This document shows, one piece after another, positions 1 to 10,085 of a stretch of DNA of 64,000 bases. The DNA is from an uncultured Bacillota bacterium (GTDB lineage: Bacteria > Sysuimicrobiota > Sysuimicrobiia > Sysuimicrobiales > Segetimicrobiaceae). Position 1 is the first letter of the stretch. Every line of letters starts with the position of its first letter. Below the pieces are notes generated by a model, which saw only the letters and a program-made list of their open reading frames with translations, was not told where the DNA came from and did not search any database. The stretch is taken from positions 288,001 to 352,000 of the forward strand of contig CAWDRG010000009.1 of assembly GCA_963804645.1 (NCBI GenBank), in the 5' to 3' direction. The translations under genes were made by a program, and so were the position numbers.

Positions 1-1
1 C

Positions 2-1456
2 CAGACCGCCGTGGGGACCGCGATGCCGACGATCGTCGGCGCGCTCGGCGGGCTCGCCCTCTACTCGTGGGTCTTCGCCGCGTACCAGATCGCATTCGTC
101 GTGATGACCCCGATCGCGGGCAAGTTCGCGGACCTGTACGGCCGCAAGCACATGTATCTCGCCGGCATCCTCGTGTTCGTCGGCGCCTCCGTCGTATGCG
201 GCTTCGCACGGTCGATGGGCGCGCTCGTCGCCTTCCGGTTCGTGCAGGGCATCGGCGGGGGCGCGATCCTGCCGATCGCGCTGACGATCGTCGCCGACCT
301 GTACCCGCTCGAGCAGCGCCTCAAGGTCCAGGGCATCTTCAGCGCCACGTGGGGCATCGCGTCGATCGTCGGCCCGGTGCTCGGCGGGTTCCTGACGGAC
401 CACGTGTCGTGGCGCTGGATCTTCTTCATCAACCTGCCGGCCGGGCTGGTCACGATCCTGATCCTCGTCGCCTTCTTCAAGGAGCCGCCGGTGTCGCGGG
501 CCGGCGCGATCGACTACGCGGGCATCGGCCTGGTCTCCGCGAGCGTCACGGTCCTGCTGCTCCTGCTGTTCTGGGGCGGCGGGGCGTTCCCGTGGTGGTC
601 GCCCCAGGCGGCGGCGCTCGCGGCGAGCAGCGCCGCGCTCCTGCTGCTGTTCGTGCGGGTCGAACAGCGCAGCCCGCACCCGTTCCTGCCCTTCAACCTG
701 TTTCACAACCCGCTCGTGGCGGTCGGCTGCGTAGGCGGCTTCCTGCTCGGGGTCGGCCTCTTCGGCACGGTCGCCTACGTCCCGCTCCTCGTCCAGGGCG
801 TGATGGGCACGAGCGCCACCATCGCCGGCGCCACCCTCATCCCGTTCTCGGCGGTGTGGGCGGTCGGCAGCTTCATCGGGGGGCGCGCGGCCCTGCGCGT
901 CGGGTTCCGGCCCGTCATCATCACGGGCATGTCGCTCAACGCGTGCGGGTTTGCGCTGCTGACCCTCCTCAGCGCTCGGAACGGCCCCTGGAGCGTGGTC
1001 GCGATCATGGGCGTGCTCGGGCTGGGCATGGGCATGACCGGCACCATGTTCATCATCGCGATGCAGAACGCGGTCGAGCGCCCGCTGCGGGGCCTCGTCA
1101 CGTCGATCAACGTGTTCAGCCGAAACGTCGGGAGCGCGATCGGCGTGAGCGTCCAGGGCGCGGTCCTCATCGCCATCCTGGAGGCGCGCCTGCGGGCGCT
1201 CGCCGGCCAGACGCGGCTCGGGCTGCCGCCGCTGGTCGACCCGCAGGTCGTGCTCGATCCCGCGGTCCAGCGGCATCTGACGCCGGGCGCGCACGAGGCG
1301 CTGCGCCTCGCGCTCGCGCACGCGGTGCACGGCACGTTCTTCGTCGGTCTCACGCTGACGGTGCTCGGGCTGGCCACCGTCATCGCGTTCATGCCGCGCG
1401 GCAGCGTGTACGCGCACGCCCACGCCGCCGCCCTGGAAGGCCTGCCGGCGGACTAA
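2..1456 (+). CDS. DHA2 (EmrB/QacA-type) MFS efflux transporter, probably 5'-truncated by the window edge
   Basis: Frame open from base 2 (QTAVGTAMPTIVG, like the DHA2 motif D1). Motif A GKFADLYGRK, RFVQGIGGG, WRWIFFINLP and many hydrophobic segments. Confidence 0.9.
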   Translation, partial: QTAVGTAMPTIVGALGGLALYSWVFAAYQIAFVVMTPIAGKFADLYGRKHMYLAGILVFVGASVVCGFARSMGALVAFRFVQGIGGGAILPIALTIVADLYPLEQRLKVQGIFSATWGIASIVGPVLGGFLTDHVSWRWIFFINLPAGLVTILILVAFFKEPPVSRAGAIDYAGIGLVSASVTVLLLLLFWGGGAFPWWSPQAAALAASSAALLLLFVRVEQRSPHPFLPFNLFHNPLVAVGCVGGFLLGVGLFGTVAYVPLLVQGVMGTSATIAGATLIPFSAVWAVGSFIGGRAALRVGFRPVIITGMSLNACGFALLTLLSARNGPWSVVAIMGVLGLGMGMTGTMFIIAMQNAVERPLRGLVTSINVFSRNVGSAIGVSVQGAVLIAILEARLRALAGQTRLGLPPLVDPQVVLDPAVQRHLTPGAHEALRLALAHAVHGTFFVGLTLTVLGLATVIAFMPRGSVYAHAHAAALEGLPAD

Positions 1457-1548
1457 CCCGCCGGCATGGCGGCGTCGCGGTTGCCGCGCGCCGCAGGCGG
1501 GGATAATCCCGGTGCGATGGCGCGTCTCCTGCGAGCAGTCCGCTGTCT

Positions 1549-4215
1549 GTGATCGCCACATACCGGCTGCAGCTCGGCCCGGACCTGGGGTTTGACGGGG
1601 TGCGGGCGCAGCTCGACTATTTCCGCCGGCTCGGCGTCAGCCATCTGTATCTGTCGCCGATCACCGACGCGCGGCCCGGCAGCACCCACGGCTACGACGT
1701 CGTGGACCACAACCGCATCCGCGAGGAGCTCGGCGGCGCGGACGCGTTCTGGCAGCTGCTCGACGCCGCCCGGGACGCGGGGCTCGGCATGATCCTCGAC
1801 TTCGTTCCGAACCACGCGTACGCGGGCCCGCAGAACGCGCGGTGGCAGGACGTGCTGGCGTGGGGCCCGCACTCGCCGTACGCGGAGCAGTTCGACATCG
1901 AGTGGGAGCCCCTCAAGCCGGAGCTCGCGGGGAAGATCCTGCTTCCGGTGCTCGGCAGCACCTACGGCGAGGCGCTGGACCGGGGCGAGATCGCGCTGCG
2001 CTACGACGACGCGGCGATCGCGGCGGACTACTTCGGCAACCGGTTCGCGTTGGCGCTGCCGAGCTACGGGGAGGCGCTCGCGGCGACGCTGCCGGGGCGC
2101 GACGACCCCGAGGCGGGCGCCCTCGCGACGCTCGCGGAGGAGTTCCGGTCGCTCACCTCGCACAACCGCCCGCGGGCGGACGTGCTGCGCTCGCGGCTGG
2201 CGGCGATGGTGGCGCCGGATGCGCTCAACGCGGCGCTCGCCCAGGTGCGCGGGGCCGAGCTACACGCCATCCTCGAGCATCAGCACTGGCGGCTGTCGTA
2301 CTGGCAGACCGCGGCCGACGAGATCAACTACCGCCGCTTCTTCGACGTGAACGAGCTGATCGGTCTGCGGATGGAGCGGCCCGAGGTCTTTGCCGAGGAC
2401 CACCGGCTGCTCGGACACATCCTCGCGCAGCGCGGCATCGACGGCGTCCGCATCGACCACATCGACGGCCTCTTCGATCCGCACGGCTACCTGCAGGCCG
2501 TCAAAGCGCTCGGCGCCCAGAGGATCTGGGTCGAGAAAATCCTCGCCGCGGGGGAGACGGTGCCCGCGGAGTGGCCGGTCGAGGGCACGGTCGGGTACCA
2601 GTTCCTCAACGACGCCATGCAGGCGCTGACGCAGCCCACCGGTCAGATCCCGCTCGACCGCGTGTACCGCCGGTTCACCGGCATCACACGGTCCTACGCG
2701 GCCGTCGTGCACGACGCGAAGCGGCTGGTGATGGCGACGGCGCTCGGCGGTGAGCTGTTCCGGCTCGCGTACGGGCTCGACCGCATCTCGGAGGCGGATT
2801 ACCACACGCGCGACTTCACGTTCGAGGCGCTGCGGGAGGCCCTGGCCGAGATCGTCGCGGCGTTCCCGCGGTACCGCACCTACCTGCCCCACGACCGCGA
2901 GGTGGCGTCGGCGGTCATTCGCGAGGCGGTGCAGACCGCGCGCCTCCGGAACCCCGGCACCGAGCCGACGGTGTACTCGTTCATCGCGCGCGTGCTGACC
3001 GAGCTTCCCTCCGACGCGTTCGGGCCCACGCGGGCCGAGTGGATCGGCCGGTTCCAGCAGTACACCGCGCCCGTCACCGCCAAGGGCCTCGAAGACACGG
3101 CCTTCTACCGGCACCTGCCGCTCGCGGCCCTCAACGAGGTCGGCGGCGACCCGGACCGCTTCGGCATGACGCTGCAGGCGTTCCACGCCAGAGCGCGCTT
3201 CCGCGCCCTGCGCTACCCGGACACGCTGCTGGCCACCGCCACGCACGATCACAAGCGCGGCGAGGACACGCGGATGCGCATGATCGTGCTCGCCGACGTG
3301 CCAGAGGAGTGGCGCCGCGCCGTCGGACTGCTCTCGCGCATCGCGCGGCGCCACCGCGGAGCGCACGGGCCGTCGCGCGCCGACGAGTTTCTGTTCTATC
3401 AGACCCTCGTCACGCTGTGGGTCGGCGCGGACCGCGCGGCGCTCGCCGACCGCCTCGCCGCGTACATGCAGAAGGCAAGCCGCGAGGCGAAGGAATCCAC
3501 CAGCTGGCTCGATCCCCACGCCGCGTACGAAGCCGACCTCGACGCCTTCGTGCGCGGCATGGCCGCGGACCCCCGCGTCGACCGCGCGATCGAACGCCTG
3601 GCCGGGGTCGTGGCGCGGTTCGGCTTCGCCAACGGTCTGAGCCAGCTCGTGCTCAAGCTGACGACGCCGGGCGTGCCGGATTTCTACCAGGGCAACGAGA
3701 TGCTCGACGTGTCGCTCGTGGACCCCGACAACCGCCGGCCGGTGGATTTCGACGCGCGGCGCGCGCTGCTCGATGCCGTCGAGCCGCTGCTGGCGCGCCC
3801 CGCCGCCTCCGAGCTCTACGCGTGGATCGAGGCGGCCGACGACCGGGCCAAGGTCTACGTGATGGTGCGCCTCTTGCGGTTTCGGGCCGCGCATCCGGCG
3901 CTGTTCGCCGGCGGGTACCGGCCGCTCGACGCCGAAGGCCCCCAGGCCGAACACCTCATCGCGTTCGCGCGCGACGCCGGCGACGAGGCGCTGATGGTGC
4001 TGGTGCCCCGCTTTCCGGCGGCGCTCGACCGGCTCGGCGGCTGGAGCGGCACGCGCGTGCCGCTGCCGAACGGCCTGGCGTCCCGGCGGTGGACCGAGGT
4101 GCTGTCCGGGGAGTCCCGGACGTTCGAAACCGAGGTCTCACCGGGCGAGCCGTGGTGGCAGTGGACGGTGTGGCACAGCGAGCGCCGGGACGCGCCGGCA
4201 CCGGGGGAGGGGTAA
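1549..4215 (+). CDS. treY: Malto-oligosyltrehalose synthase (GH13)
   Basis: [55 protein letters not shown] and PGVPDFYQG motifs; 888 aa. Confidence 0.95.
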   Translation: MIATYRLQLGPDLGFDGVRAQLDYFRRLGVSHLYLSPITDARPGSTHGYDVVDHNRIREELGGADAFWQLLDAARDAGLGMILDFVPNHAYAGPQNARWQDVLAWGPHSPYAEQFDIEWEPLKPELAGKILLPVLGSTYGEALDRGEIALRYDDAAIAADYFGNRFALALPSYGEALAATLPGRDDPEAGALATLAEEFRSLTSHNRPRADVLRSRLAAMVAPDALNAALAQVRGAELHAILEHQHWRLSYWQTAADEINYRRFFDVNELIGLRMERPEVFAEDHRLLGHILAQRGIDGVRIDHIDGLFDPHGYLQAVKALGAQRIWVEKILAAGETVPAEWPVEGTVGYQFLNDAMQALTQPTGQIPLDRVYRRFTGITRSYAAVVHDAKRLVMATALGGELFRLAYGLDRISEADYHTRDFTFEALREALAEIVAAFPRYRTYLPHDREVASAVIREAVQTARLRNPGTEPTVYSFIARVLTELPSDAFGPTRAEWIGRFQQYTAPVTAKGLEDTAFYRHLPLAALNEVGGDPDRFGMTLQAFHARARFRALRYPDTLLATATHDHKRGEDTRMRMIVLADVPEEWRRAVGLLSRIARRHRGAHGPSRADEFLFYQTLVTLWVGADRAALADRLAAYMQKASREAKESTSWLDPHAAYEADLDAFVRGMAADPRVDRAIERLAGVVARFGFANGLSQLVLKLTTPGVPDFYQGNEMLDVSLVDPDNRRPVDFDARRALLDAVEPLLARPAASELYAWIEAADDRAKVYVMVRLLRFRAAHPALFAGGYRPLDAEGPQAEHLIAFARDAGDEALMVLVPRFPAALDRLGGWSGTRVPLPNGLASRRWTEVLSGESRTFETEVSPGEPWWQWTVWHSERRDAPAPGEG

Positions 4216-4219
4216 CGCC

Positions 4220-6327
4220 ATGGAGATCTGGCCGGGCCGCCCGCATCCGCTCGGCGCCACGTACGACGGCGTCGGCGTCAACTTCGCGCTCTTCTCGGAG
4301 GTCGCCGAGCGGGTGGATCTCTGCCTCTTCGACGAGCACGACCGGGAGCAGCGCGTGCCGCTGCCGGAGGTCACCGGGTTCCAGTGGCACGGCTACGTCC
4401 CCGGGGTCCGCCCCGGCCAGCGGTACGGATTCCGCGTCGCCGGCCCCTGGGCGCCCGACCAAGGACACCGCTGCAACGAGGCCAAGCTCCTGCTCGACCC
4501 CTACGCGAAGGCGATCGAGCGCGGGGTGTCGTGGAATCCGGCCGTCTTTCCCTACCGGTTCGACGATCCGGAAGGCGCGCCGAGCGACACCGACAGCGCG
4601 CCGTACGTCCCGCGCTCGGTCGTGGTGGACGGCGTGTTCGACTGGAGCAACGACCGCGCGCTGCGGGTGCCGCTGCACGACACGACGATCTACGAGCTCC
4701 ACGTCAACGGCTTCACGGCGCGCCATCCCGACCTGCCGCCCGAGATCCGCGGCACCTACGCCGGGCTGGCGCATCCGGCCGCGCTCGCGCACCTCACCGC
4801 CCTCGGCATCACCGCGGTCGAGCTCATGCCGATCCATCAGTTCGTGCACGACGCGCATCTCGTGGAGCGGGGGCTGCGCAACTACTGGGGCTACAACTCG
4901 ATCGGCTTTCTCGCGCCGCACAACGAGTACGCCGCCGGGGGCCAGCGCGGCGAGCAGGTCGGCGAGTTCAAGCAGATGGTTAAAGCCCTGCACGCGGCGG
5001 GGCTCGAAGTGATCCTCGACGTCGTCTACAACCATACCGCAGAGGGCAACCACCTCGGGCCGATGCTGGCGTTCAAAGGGATCGACAACGCGTCGTACTA
5101 CCGCCTCGTCGCCGATCAACCCCGGTACTACATGGACTACACCGGCACGGGCAACAGCCTCAACATGCGCAACGCCCACGTGCTGCAGCTGATCATGGAC
5201 AGCCTGCGCTACTGGGTGGTGGAGATGCACGTCGACGGGTTCCGGTTCGATCTGGCCGCGACGCTCGCCCGGGAGCTCCACGAAGTCGACCGGCTCTCCG
5301 CCTTCTTCGACGTCATCCAGCAGGACCCGACGCTGCGCGACGTCAAGCTGATCGCGGAGCCCTGGGACGTGGGCGAGGGAGGGTATCAGGTCGGCAACTT
5401 CCCGCCGCTGTGGTCGGAGTGGAACGGCAAGTACCGGGACACGATCCGCGACTACTGGCGCGGGACCGACCAGACGCTCCCGGAGTTCGCGTCCCGCCTG
5501 ACCGGCAGCTCGGATCTCTACGTGTCGACCGGCCGCCGGCCGTACGCCAGCGTGAACTTCGTCACCGCGCACGACGGGTTCACGCTGCGCGACCTCGTGT
5601 CGTACAACGAGAAACACAACGAGGCGAACGGCGAGGACAACCGCGACGGGGAGACCCAACAACCGGTCGTGGAACTGCGGGGCGGAAGGCCCGACGGACG
5701 ACCCGGCGGTGAACGCGCTCCGCGCCCGCCAGCAGCGCAACTTCCTCACCACCCTGTTCCTCTCGCAGGGCGTGCCGATGCTGCTCGGCGGCGATGAGAT
5801 CGGGCGCACGCAGCACGGCAACAACAACGCGTACTGCCAGGACAACGAGCTCTCGTGGTTCGATTGGGAGCGCGCGGACGGGACGCTGCTGGAGTTCACC
5901 GCGCCTCGTGATCGGGCTGCGCCGGGCGCACCCCACCTTCCGACGGCGGGGCTGGTTCCAGGGACGCCCGCTGCGGGGCACGAAGGTAGAGGACATCAGC
6001 TGGTTCACGCCGGACGGAGAAGCGATGTCGGACGAGCACTGGAACAGCGGGTTCGCGAAATCGCTCGGGGTCTTCCTGAACGGCGAGGCGATCGCCGGCC
6101 GGGGACCGCGGGGCGAACGCGTCGCGGACGCGAGCTACTACCTCATGTTCAACGCGCACCATGAGCCGCTGCCGTTCACGCTGCCCGGGCGGGCGTGGGG
6201 CCGGCGGTGGACCGCGGTCCTGGACACAAGGGACGACGTCCCGGCGAACGCTGTGGAGACCCTCGAGGCCGGCCAGCAGGTGGCGTGCGAGGGCCGCTCC
6301 GTCGTCGTCCTGCGGCGCGTCGAGTGA
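4220..6327 (+). pseudogene. glgX: Glycogen debranching enzyme GlgX/TreX split over three frames (pseudogene or sequencing error)
   Basis: [33 protein letters not shown] and VTAHDGFTL in the first frame. Homology continues +1 after ~5656 ([23 protein letters not shown]) and +1 again after ~5900 ([10 protein letters not shown]). Confidence 0.9.
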
Positions 6328-6341
6328 CGCCCGCCGGGTCA

Positions 6342-8504
6342 ATGCACCGCGTGTCACTCTCGCTCGTCATCCACAACCACCAGCCCGTCGGCAACTTCGA
6401 CGAGGTCTTCGCCAAGGCGACCGACGCCGCGTACGAGCCGATGATCGCGGCGCTGGAGCGGCATCCCAAGATCCGGCTGGCCCTGCACTACACGGGGCCG
6501 CTCCTCGACTGGCTCCGCGCACACCGGCGCGAGCTGCTGCGGCGCGTGCGGTCGCTCGTCGGCCGCGGCCAGGTGGAGATGCTGACGGGCGGGTACTACG
6601 AGCCGGTGCTCGCGATCATCCCCGACGCCGACCGGCGCGGCCAGATCGAGAAGCTCACGCGCGCTGTCAGCGACGAGTTCGGCACGGCGGCCGAGGGACT
6701 CTGGCTCGCCGAGCGCGTCTGGGAGCCGCAGCTGGCGCGGTCGATCGGCGAGACCGGCGTGCGGTACGTGATCGTCGACGACACCCACTTCCAGGCGGTC
6801 GGGCTGGAGGACCGTCAGCTGTTCGGCTACTACCTCACCGAGGACCAAGGCGTCCCCCTGGCCGTGTTCCCGAGCCTGCGCAAACTGCGCTACCTGATCC
6901 CCTGGGCCGCCCCCGAGGAGGTCATCGCGTACCTGCGCTCGCTCGCGGACGAGGACGTCCGGACGGAGGGGCGCGTCGCCCCGCTGGACCTCGCGCTGAT
7001 GGGCGACGACGGCGAGAAGTTCGGGCTGTGGCCGACGACGTACGCCCTGTGCTGGGAACGACGCTGGGTGGACCGCTTCTTCGCCGCGCTCGAAGCGGAG
7101 CCGTGGCTCGACCTGGTGACGCCCGGCGAGTACCGGCGCGCCAACACGGCGGCCGGGCGGATCTACCTGCCGACCGGGACGTACGACGAAATGGCGCAGT
7201 GGGCGCTGCCGCCCGCGCAGGCGACCCGCCTCGAGGCGTTCCGGAGGGAGCTCGACGAGGGCGGACGGTCCGAGCTGACCCCGCTGCTGCGCGGCGGCTT
7301 CTGGCGGCACTTTCTCGTGAAGTACGCCGAGGTCAACACCATGCACCATCTCAGCCTCCGCGCCAGCCGCAAGGTCCACGCGATGTCGCCCGGCGCGGAG
7401 CGGGCCCGCGCGCGCGATGCGCTGTGGGCGGGACAGTGCAACTGCCCGTACTGGCACGGCGTGTTCGGCGGCGTCTACCTCCCGCACATCCGCGGGGCCG
7501 CCTTCAGCCACCTGATCACCGCGGAGGCGATCGCCGACGGGGCCGCTCACGCGGAGCCCTACGCCGACAGCGAGACGGAGGATCTGGACGGCGACGGCCG
7601 CCCGGACGTCCGGCTCGCCACCGACGTCGCCGTCTGCACCGTGAGCCCGGCGCGCGGCGGCAGCATCGTCGAGTGGCATGACCGGCCGGCCCGCCGGCAT
7701 CTGGGCAACGTGCTCACGCGCCGCCCCGAAGCGTACCACGCGGCGCTGCGGGACGCGCGCACGGAGGACGGCGCCGCCCACGATCGGGCCGAAGGAGGCG
7801 CGCCGGAGCCGGGAGACACCGTCGTGCCGCCCCTCGCGCAGGCGGATCTCATGCGGTGGTTTGCCTACGATCGCGTCCGGCGGCCGACGCTGCGCGTCCA
7901 CCTGCTGCATCCGGGCGTGACGCCCGAGCAGCTCGCGCGCGACGAGCAGGACGAGCGGGGAGAGTTCGGGTGGGGCGACTACGCCGCGCGCGTCGAGCGC
8001 ACGCCGACCGCCATCCGGGCGCTGCTGACCCGGCGCGCGCTGCTGGCCGACGGCGAGTGCGTGATCGAGCGCACCATCGAAGCCGCCGCCGGGCACCGCG
8101 GGCTGATGCACACGACGCGCGTGCGCTGGACCGGGAAAACGCCGCTCAATGCGGTCCTCGACGAGGAGTGGAACCTCGGCGTCTTCGGCGTGCCCGAGGA
8201 CGTGACGCTCAACGCCGGCGAGGGCCCCCAGTCCCTGCACGAGGTCACGGCGTACGAGCGGTGCGAGCGGGTCGAGGTCGCGGAGCACCACTCAGGCCTC
8301 ACGATCGCGTTCGTGCCCTCCGAGCCCCCAGCGGTGTGGGCGCTGCCGCTGTTCACGATCAGCAACTCGGAGAGCGGGATCGAGAAGAACTTCCAGGGGA
8401 CGATGCTGCACCTGCGGTGGCCGCTGGCCATCCGGCCGGGCGAGGAGTGGGAGCAGACGACAGTCGCCGAGGTGACCGGGGCGGAGAGCCCGTCACCGTC
8501 CTGA
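6342..8504 (+). CDS. GH57 alpha-amylase / 4-alpha-glucanotransferase (DUF1925/DUF1926 architecture)
   Basis: HNHQPVGNFD, GGYYEP, GLWLAERVWEP, GDDGEKFGLWP and GQCNCPYWHGVFGG motifs; ATG at 6342. Confidence 0.92.
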   Translation: MHRVSLSLVIHNHQPVGNFDEVFAKATDAAYEPMIAALERHPKIRLALHYTGPLLDWLRAHRRELLRRVRSLVGRGQVEMLTGGYYEPVLAIIPDADRRGQIEKLTRAVSDEFGTAAEGLWLAERVWEPQLARSIGETGVRYVIVDDTHFQAVGLEDRQLFGYYLTEDQGVPLAVFPSLRKLRYLIPWAAPEEVIAYLRSLADEDVRTEGRVAPLDLALMGDDGEKFGLWPTTYALCWERRWVDRFFAALEAEPWLDLVTPGEYRRANTAAGRIYLPTGTYDEMAQWALPPAQATRLEAFRRELDEGGRSELTPLLRGGFWRHFLVKYAEVNTMHHLSLRASRKVHAMSPGAERARARDALWAGQCNCPYWHGVFGGVYLPHIRGAAFSHLITAEAIADGAAHAEPYADSETEDLDGDGRPDVRLATDVAVCTVSPARGGSIVEWHDRPARRHLGNVLTRRPEAYHAALRDARTEDGAAHDRAEGGAPEPGDTVVPPLAQADLMRWFAYDRVRRPTLRVHLLHPGVTPEQLARDEQDERGEFGWGDYAARVERTPTAIRALLTRRALLADGECVIERTIEAAAGHRGLMHTTRVRWTGKTPLNAVLDEEWNLGVFGVPEDVTLNAGEGPQSLHEVTAYERCERVEVAEHHSGLTIAFVPSEPPAVWALPLFTISNSESGIEKNFQGTMLHLRWPLAIRPGEEWEQTTVAEVTGAESPSPS

Positions 8505-8555
8505 GACGTCCCTGCGCCTACACCGGGGCAGCGCCCATCCGGGCGGCGCGCCAGA

Positions 8556-8723
8556 TCAGCGGATCGTTCGCGCAAGCGTCAGACCCATCGCGTCGATCGG
8601 CACGTCGCTGCCGCTGTTCGCGACCACGAAGACCACGAGGTCCTTCGCCCTGTTGAGCACGAGCACGGTTGAGAACCCGGTGGTCCCCCCGTCCTTGAGC
8701 ACCGCGCCCTCCTCCGGAAACAT
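8556..8723 (-). CDS. 55-aa ORF resembling only the C-terminal strands of a serine hydrolase / class C beta-lactamase (possible remnant)
   Basis: MFPEEGAVLKDGGTTGFSTVLVLNRAKDLVVFVVANS resembles the K/H-x-G-G-T-x-G-F...VVLAN segment; AGGAGG RBS 7 nt upstream of ATG. Confidence 0.5.
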   Translation of the reverse strand: MFPEEGAVLKDGGTTGFSTVLVLNRAKDLVVFVVANSGSDVPIDAMGLTLARTIR

Positions 8724-8829
8724 GGATGTGCCTCCTCGCTGAGCGCGGGATCGACGGCGCGCGTGTCGTCGGGGATGCGGCGCGACCCGAGCCATCGACC
8801 GGGCCCGCGCATCCCGCGGCCGGAGACGA

Positions 8830-9318
8830 TCAGGCGCGGCGGTGCGCCCGCTCCGCCCACAACGTCTCCCAGTACTGGAGCCAGGGCCGGCCGACCTCGT
8901 CCTCGGTCGCGCCGGCGTCGTAGGCGGGCGAGATGAGCGGCGCGGCCCGCTCGACCGCGATCAGCACCACGCCGTCGATGCGCCGGTAGAACTCCGGCTC
9001 GAGCCCGTACTCGGTGCGGTACGCTTCCATGATCCGCTCGTAGAGCGGCCCGGCGGTCAGCACGGTCGCGGTCCCCTTGAACCGATACCCCTTGCGCACC
9101 GCGGCGTCGACGACGTTGATCTCGATCGCCGGGTTGGCCCGCAGGTTGGCCACGGTGCCAGGCGAGCAGATGTTGGCAAACACCAGATGATCATCGTCCC
9201 ACACTCGCGTCGTCCCCTTCGGCGAGAGATTGGGCGTGCCGTCCGGGCACACGGTCGCGGCGAATCCCAGCCGCTGCTCGCCGACGACGCGCCGCATCTC
9301 CGCGGTCAGGATTCCCAT
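8830..9318 (-). CDS. Pyridoxamine 5'-phosphate oxidase-like split-barrel flavoprotein
   Basis: ATVCPDGTPNLSPKGT, TVANLRANPAI and RKGYRFKG motifs; ATG at 9318. Confidence 0.85.
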   Translation of the reverse strand: MGILTAEMRRVVGEQRLGFAATVCPDGTPNLSPKGTTRVWDDDHLVFANICSPGTVANLRANPAIEINVVDAAVRKGYRFKGTATVLTAGPLYERIMEAYRTEYGLEPEFYRRIDGVVLIAVERAAPLISPAYDAGATEDEVGRPWLQYWETLWAERAHRRA

Positions 9319-9977
9319 CGGCGCCGGCCCTCCACGCGATACCGCGCGGCGTAGCCCGGGACCGGGATCCCCGCGGGCAGCGCGGGATCCGGCACGGGCA
9401 CACCGGGGACGAGCGTGAGCGGGATGACCCCCGCCCAGATGCCGAGCCCGAGATCGTCCGCCGCGTCCTTGGGCGGCCCGCTGCGGATCTTGGCCGAGGC
9501 CTCGTCGAGCGGCATCCGCAGCACCCGCGTGGCGCGCATGTCGTTCTCGGACGGAAGCCGCGCGTCGGCCCACCGCCCCGGCACGACATGCTCGACGATC
9601 GCTTCGAGCGCGGCGAGCTTCTCCGCCGGATCCACGACCTCGGTCGCGGTCCCCAACACCACCACGGAGCGGTAGTTCATCGAGTGGCTGAAGACGGCCC
9701 GCGCCAGCACCAGGCCGTCGAGCAGCGTCACCGTCAGGCAGGCGGCGATGCCGCCGCCGAGCGTGCCGAGCATCCGCGAGGCCGCGGACCCGTGCAGGTA
9801 AACGAGATCGCCGACGCGCGCGTGGATCGTGGGGATCACAAACGGCTGGCCCCGATCGACAAACCCGACGTGGCAGTACAGCCCCGCGTCCAGGATCGCA
9901 TCGATGGCGGCGCGGTCATACTCGCCGCGTTCGGGATGGCGCCGCACCTTGGTGCGCTCGGTCGAAGGCGTGCTCAT
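9306..9977 (-). CDS. Pyridoxamine 5'-phosphate oxidase / NimA-like flavin-nucleotide-binding protein
   Basis: YDRAAIDAILD, HGSAASR, DGLVLARAVFSHSMNYRSVV, SAKIRSGPP and WAGVIP motifs. Confidence 0.88.
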   Translation of the reverse strand: MSTPSTERTKVRRHPERGEYDRAAIDAILDAGLYCHVGFVDRGQPFVIPTIHARVGDLVYLHGSAASRMLGTLGGGIAACLTVTLLDGLVLARAVFSHSMNYRSVVVLGTATEVVDPAEKLAALEAIVEHVVPGRWADARLPSENDMRATRVLRMPLDEASAKIRSGPPKDAADDLGLGIWAGVIPLTLVPGVPVPDPALPAGIPVPGYAARYRVEGRRRWES

Positions 9978-10085
9978 CTCACCGTGCCTCCCCTGGGACG
10001 CGCCGAGACGCGCGTCTCCCCACGATTGTACGCAATTTCGCGTGGAGCGTCTCGACCGGACCCGCCGCGGCGGCCTTGCCCGCGG

